Source: an uncultured Gammaproteobacteria bacterium (GTDB lineage: Bacteria; Patescibacteriota; Patescibacteriia; UBA2196; GWA2-42-15). Taken from it: a stretch of DNA of 64,000 bases. Each line of letters opens with the position of its first letter. Position 1 is the first letter of the stretch. The notes below the pieces were generated by a model, which saw nothing but the letters and a program-made list of their open reading frames with translations, ran no database searches and was not told where the DNA came from. Where the stretch lies: positions 10,881-74,880 of the forward strand of contig CAZNIO010000003.1 in assembly GCA_964573135.1 (NCBI GenBank), in the 5' to 3' direction. The position numbers and the translations under genes are program-made. Shown here piece by piece: positions 59,606-64,000 of the stretch.

Positions 59606-59633
59606 TACGCAAAGAGGGATGGTTTTATTTCAC
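59606..59633 (-). promoter_or_regulatory. Putative autoregulatory ECF promoter
   Basis: GTGAAATAAAA-ccatccctcttt-GCGTA directly upstream of the sigma gene. Confidence 0.65.
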
Positions 59634-59742
59634 TATCAAAGAAACTATCCCTCTAAGAACAGTTTGGCTATTAAGTATTATGGTCATTATAAAAATAGCT
59701 ATCTTTTAATTTCCACGCAGTTCACAGAAGTTAGGTGATTCT

Positions 59743-59849
59743 TGGTTGCAGAAATAGGACGGAATCTACAACAGTTGGTGATGGATATTGCGAATATGGC
59801 TAGCTTCCATTCTTATAGTCTTGAACCACTAAAGATAGAAAGCATATAG
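59743..59849 (+). repeat. Right-end array repeat, copy A (begins TGGTTGC, antisense of GCAACCA)
   Basis: Core AGGACGGAATCTACA at 59756-59770; plus frame VAEIGRNLQQLVMDIANM...*. Confidence 0.8.
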
Positions 59850-59902
59850 AGTACGATAACTATATTTTTATTCTATCGTACCTTGGATATATTTTATCAA
59901 GT

Positions 59903-60796
59903 TTATATAATTATTCTTTGTGCATGGTCGGGTTTATCTAAATCTAAAACTAATACTGCTAAATTTTCTCCAATATTATGGTTACCGGAGGTTAGGCATA
60001 ATGTGATTCCAATCTGATGCTTAAACTTCCCGGACTTCTCCACTGTTTCATGTACATGCCCATGTAGTGTAAGGAATGGCTGATACTTTTCTATAAATCG
60101 CCTGACTGCCATACTGCCGACATGCGTTATGCCTGAAGCAGAAAAAGGTGAAATTATATCTAAATTTGTACGGTCTGGAGGAACATGGGTTATATAGATT
60201 GCCTTGTCTGGGTTTTGAGTAAACAATTTATCTGATAAATCTTTTTGGATTGAGTCTTGCTTTTCAATTTCAGGAGTAAATTCAAAATTCTGCCAGCCGT
60301 CTTTAGTACTCTTTTTGGCTTTAAGTCTATAGTTTACTCTTTTTCTTTCTTCATAATATGCTTCCAAATTTTTAGGTATATTGCTAAAATCATATTTCTC
60401 CCAATCCTTAATTCCAAACGGCGTGATTGGCACACAACCATAACCGACTAAATCAAAATTGTCTGTTAATTTTATTCTTTTATTATGAATTAGATGATAT
60501 AAATTACCGTCCCCTTTTTCCAAAATATCCATGTTGGCCATAACATCGTCATTGCCCATCATTAAAAATAGTTTGCAATTTGGTAGTTTATTTTTTAAGG
60601 GGGATAATAATTCTGGTAATTTGTTTCTTAAAAACCTTCTTTGGCCTATTATAAATTCACCTTCATTAAAATCTTTAGGTGCTATATCTCCGCCGATAAT
60701 GATAAAATCGGCACGGACTTGGATAACATGACTAACTAACTTTTTATATTGAGTTTCATTTCCGTGTATATCGGAAGTATATATTACTTTACTCAT
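59903..60796 (-). CDS. Calcineurin-like metallophosphoesterase
   Basis: SDIHG, GGDI, MGNDD, THVPP, LHGHVHE. Confidence 0.9.
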   Translation of the reverse strand: MSKVIYTSDIHGNETQYKKLVSHVIQVRADFIIIGGDIAPKDFNEGEFIIGQRRFLRNKLPELLSPLKNKLPNCKLFLMMGNDDVMANMDILEKGDGNLYHLIHNKRIKLTDNFDLVGYGCVPITPFGIKDWEKYDFSNIPKNLEAYYEERKRVNYRLKAKKSTKDGWQNFEFTPEIEKQDSIQKDLSDKLFTQNPDKAIYITHVPPDRTNLDIISPFSASGITHVGSMAVRRFIEKYQPFLTLHGHVHETVEKSGKFKHQIGITLCLTSGNHNIGENLAVLVLDLDKPDHAQRIII

Positions 60797-60847
60797 ATTT
60801 TTATCTTAACACAAAAGCCACCTAAATAAAATTTAAGTGGCTTTTGG

Positions 60848-60925
60848 TTTGCGGGATTAGGACGGAATCTACACCAATTGATAAGGGAAATCACGCAAAT
60901 TTCTACTTATGCTTATACAATCTAA
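60848..60925 (+). repeat. Right-end array repeat, copy B
   Basis: Core at 60859-60873; frame FAGLGRNLHQLIREITQISTYAYTI*; hairpin immediately to the left (60812-60846). Confidence 0.85.
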
Positions 60926-60980
60926 AAATTTTTGATATACTAAAGTATATAGACCTTATTATACATTACAAATTTTATTT

Positions 60981-61721
60981 ATGGAAAATGAATCACAATT
61001 TAAAAATCAGGAAAATGCTGTAATAAAGATATGGGATAAGCGTTATTCTGAGACGGAGACATATAGAAAGCAAAAGGTAAAGGACGGATCCGTATTTGAT
61101 TTTTTTGAAAAATACAATGATGAAGTAAAAGCTGGTCCATCTCTCGACTTGGGATGTGGTAATGGCCGTCACCTTCGACATATGGCCCGAATGGGGCTTG
61201 ATACCTATGGCATTGATATTTCATCGGAGTCCCTGAAACAGCTCAAGGAAGATTTCAAAGAAGAAGATCTTATGGCAAATATACAACAGTCAAGTTTTTA
61301 CAATCTTCCTTACAAAGATGAAAAATTTAATAGTATTGTCAGCCATAATAGCCTTCAGCATAACGATTGGGATGGAGCAAAAAAATCTTTTGCGGAAGTA
61401 GGGCGCGTATTAAAAGATAGTGGTTTATTTTCACTCACAGTAATATCAACGAATTGCGACAGGCCACAACAAGTGAATGATATATCAAGCAAGGAGGAAG
61501 GAACAACTTTTATTCCTTATGAGGGGCGCAAAGCAGGCATAAAAGTTCATCATTATTCAGAAGAAGAGCTGGAGGAATTGGCACAAGAAAATGGACTAAA
61601 AATAATTGAGAAGAGAGAGTATGTAAGAGAAGTTACGGATCCATACGACAACAAAAAAGTCCAAAAAGGGCATTGGATAGTAGTATTTAGAAAAAACAAA
61701 GATAATCAGCATAGTGCTTAA
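60981..61721 (+). CDS. Class I SAM-dependent methyltransferase
   Basis: LDLGCGNGRH, GIDIS, RVLKDSG. Confidence 0.9.
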   Translation: MENESQFKNQENAVIKIWDKRYSETETYRKQKVKDGSVFDFFEKYNDEVKAGPSLDLGCGNGRHLRHMARMGLDTYGIDISSESLKQLKEDFKEEDLMANIQQSSFYNLPYKDEKFNSIVSHNSLQHNDWDGAKKSFAEVGRVLKDSGLFSLTVISTNCDRPQQVNDISSKEEGTTFIPYEGRKAGIKVHHYSEEELEELAQENGLKIIEKREYVREVTDPYDNKKVQKGHWIVVFRKNKDNQHSA

Positions 61722-61837
61722 TAAAAAATACAACCATACAGTCCGCGGATTCCGTATCTGCGGGTTTTATTAATTATAGGGGCTTTAACTGAATTTTCCC
61801 AACAAAAAATTCCCTTCAAATTAATTGAAAGGAATTT

Positions 61838-61915
61838 TTTGCGAGAGGAGGACGGAATCTACACCGGTTGATTAATGAAATCATAAAAATCAAAGATTTT
61901 TCTTGTAAATTTTAA
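61838..61915 (+). repeat. Right-end array repeat, copy C
   Basis: Core at 61849-61863; frame FARGGRNLHRLINEIIKIKDFSCKF*; hairpin immediately to the left (61804-61840). Confidence 0.85.
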
Positions 61916-61968
61916 TAGTTCTTTGATAATTAAATTCTTATAACTAATATTATATAATACTTGATAAT

Positions 61969-64000
61969 TTATTGCTGAGGAAGTTTGCCTTCACCAAGCG
62001 GATTGTAGCCAGCCTGGATTTCCTGGCCATCGAAGTAACTATCACCATCGGTGTCTTTTTGCTGCGTATTTGTACCTAATATAAGCTCGACTTCATCGGG
62101 TAATTCATCACTGTCACTGTCAATATATTCAGTAACATGTTTGATGCCGTTTGGTGATGCGATATTAAGACCGGCCTTTAGTCCGCCAGTGTCAAGCCCC
62201 AAAGTAAAAAATAGGTAATATGTGTTTTTCCCGCCGCTAACGAAAACATACGGGGCAGTATTCATATTGGAACCACCAAAAACGGATCTCATATAAATTG
62301 TACTGCTACTGCAACTCGCATCATCCCAGCCAATACTACTCAAACAAGCCATACGATCTTTGCCGGTCACGCCATAACTTAAATTTTCGGGGTGGCTATT
62401 ATGATCTACATAATACAGTTCAAGAGCTGTCTGGAGTTGTTTAATCTCTGAAATGCTTTTGGCACCGTTTCCTATATCTTGGTCATTGGGGTTAACAAAT
62501 GTATTGCTGCCAATCTTATCAAGCACGATAATCTCCTGACTTAATTCTTCATCAGCTAATATGTCTTTTTCTGAAACAAAATAATCTTTAAATTTTTTGA
62601 ATAATTCCTGGTAGTGGTCTGACACTTGCAGTGGAATAGATTGCCTCTCCCACTCGCCAAGCATATATACAGGAGGGATAATAATACCAGATTCCATAGT
62701 AATACAAGGCGTAAAAACTTTAGGTTCTACATGCGTCCTTCGCTCATCTTTTATCCAGCCACTGATTAAGTTGGTATATCTTGTAAGAAGAATACCTTTG
62801 CGAATACCTGTATTGCCATAGAATTCTACATCTTTATCAATAACTATATCGGACTGCTCTCCATCTTGATTGCCCTGTCTGTCCTCATAACTTGTTTTTA
62901 AGATGAGTGTGGCAGATGATGATGTCTTTTTTAATTTTAAAAGTACCAGTCCGCCTCGAGTTTCGCCGCCCTTAGTCTTTGATGGAAATAGCGTGTTAAC
63001 TTTCATAATTTCACCAGTGGCTTCATTGGCTTCTGGCGATCCATAAACTTTTTCAATTTCATAGCCAGTGGCATCCAAGCTCAAAACAAGATTAAAAACT
63101 AAAGGGGTGACCATGTATTCAAATTCATCATCCATTCTTGTCTTAAATTCTTTAGGCGAGTGTACTGAATAATAGTTGGCACCACGCACTTTAGTAATTG
63201 CCTCAGTAAGCTCAGTATTAAAATCGACGCCAATACCGATAAAAGTTGTATAAGTTTTATTTTCAGCATTTAGACTGGTTTGACCAAGTAGCCCCTCCTG
63301 ACTGGTATCACCTAGGTTGGGCATAGCATCAGTCAAAAATATAATCCTATTTTCGTAGAGAGAGGAATCAACGTCTTCAAATTCAGCAAAAAGCTCGGTA
63401 CCCATTTTCATACCAGCCGACATTTGAGTTCCCCCGGCAGGTGCAAGTTCAAGAATATGATTTTTAATTTGTGACATGTCAGTATCTCCTACAAGATTTA
63501 GAGGTTTAGCGAGATAAGCGGTATCATCAAATAAAACCATGCCAAAACTATCGTCTTTTTCCAAATGATCTAAAAGAGCAACAACTGACTGTGCAGCAAC
63601 TTCCATTTTGCTTTTACTGCTATCTTTTTCCGTATAATCTTCTACTTCTATTTGTCTGCCAAATTGATCATAATAGTACCGATCAAAAGGAGAGCTCATA
63701 GAGCCCGAGATATCCAAAACAACAACTAGGTTCAATTTTTTTCTTTCAAAATCTGATTCTTTAATACCTGAATTTAAACCAACTGATAAATAATACTCAT
63801 CCTGTCCACTAAACGGATCTTTGGAAACAGCGTAGCTATATGACGGACAAAACAACTTTTCACATTTTGTGCTTTGGCCAGTATCAAAATAATAATCATA
63901 AAATAATCCTTCATATGTTATATCAGTAGGTAAGGGCAAATAGTCATTTGCTATATTTTGCCTAAAGTTATTAATGTCTTTGGCGCCACCAGTAGAAAAC
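61969..64000 (-). CDS. VWA domain protein (5' partial) with C-terminal pilin/GspG-like helix and DxDGD repeats
   Basis: VVLDISGSM MIDAS motif, FLTDA; frame stays open to the window edge (FSTGGAKDINNFRQNI...); IKQLQTALELYY. Confidence 0.85.
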   Translation of the reverse strand, partial: FSTGGAKDINNFRQNIANDYLPLPTDITYEGLFYDYYFDTGQSTKCEKLFCPSYSYAVSKDPFSGQDEYYLSVGLNSGIKESDFERKKLNLVVVLDISGSMSSPFDRYYYDQFGRQIEVEDYTEKDSSKSKMEVAAQSVVALLDHLEKDDSFGMVLFDDTAYLAKPLNLVGDTDMSQIKNHILELAPAGGTQMSAGMKMGTELFAEFEDVDSSLYENRIIFLTDAMPNLGDTSQEGLLGQTSLNAENKTYTTFIGIGVDFNTELTEAITKVRGANYYSVHSPKEFKTRMDDEFEYMVTPLVFNLVLSLDATGYEIEKVYGSPEANEATGEIMKVNTLFPSKTKGGETRGGLVLLKLKKTSSSATLILKTSYEDRQGNQDGEQSDIVIDKDVEFYGNTGIRKGILLTRYTNLISGWIKDERRTHVEPKVFTPCITMESGIIIPPVYMLGEWERQSIPLQVSDHYQELFKKFKDYFVSEKDILADEELSQEIIVLDKIGSNTFVNPNDQDIGNGAKSISEIKQLQTALELYYVDHNSHPENLSYGVTGKDRMACLSSIGWDDASCSSSTIYMRSVFGGSNMNTAPYVFVSGGKNTYYLFFTLGLDTGGLKAGLNIASPNGIKHVTEYIDSDSDELPDEVELILGTNTQQKDTDGDSYFDGQEIQAGYNPLGEGKLPQQ

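Noticed and set aside
1-64000. Alternative genetic code (TGA=Gly, as in Gracilibacteria/Absconditabacteria)
   Set aside because: Conserved genes are full length under code 11, and TGA ends genes normally (e.g. 52375, 50674).

Overview
AT-rich (roughly one-third G+C by eye) bacterial chromosome segment, standard genetic code. Gene content points to a Patescibacteria/CPR (Parcubacteria-like) genome; this is an inference from the form III-like RuBisCO AMP-salvage operon, the giant pilin-anchored Cys-rich surface protein and the DxDxDG-repeat proteins. Housekeeping blocks (ftsA-ftsZ-hup, ybeY-dgkA, rpsU-yqeY, lepB-hisS-mtaB, der-pth, mnmA) alternate with five tRNA genes (Lys, Glu, Val, Ala, Gly). 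Main unexplained structure: accessory genes downstream of tRNA-Lys, tRNA-Glu, tRNA-Gly and a probable off-window tRNA-Met are stacked as 0.4-1.8 kb units, each bounded by a locus-specific 75-105 bp repeat. In the intact copies the repeat (i) ends in the 3' end of the anchoring tRNA, (ii) is followed by a terminator-like hairpin and (iii) keeps a conserved ~25-codon antisense reading frame resembling a displaced integrase C-terminus. No integrase is present in the window, so these look like tRNA-anchored, integrase-less cassette arrays. Also seen: a split multi-subunit PEP-dikinase/RPH-like cluster, three candidate structured RNAs and a small ECF-sigma regulon with a repeated promoter motif.
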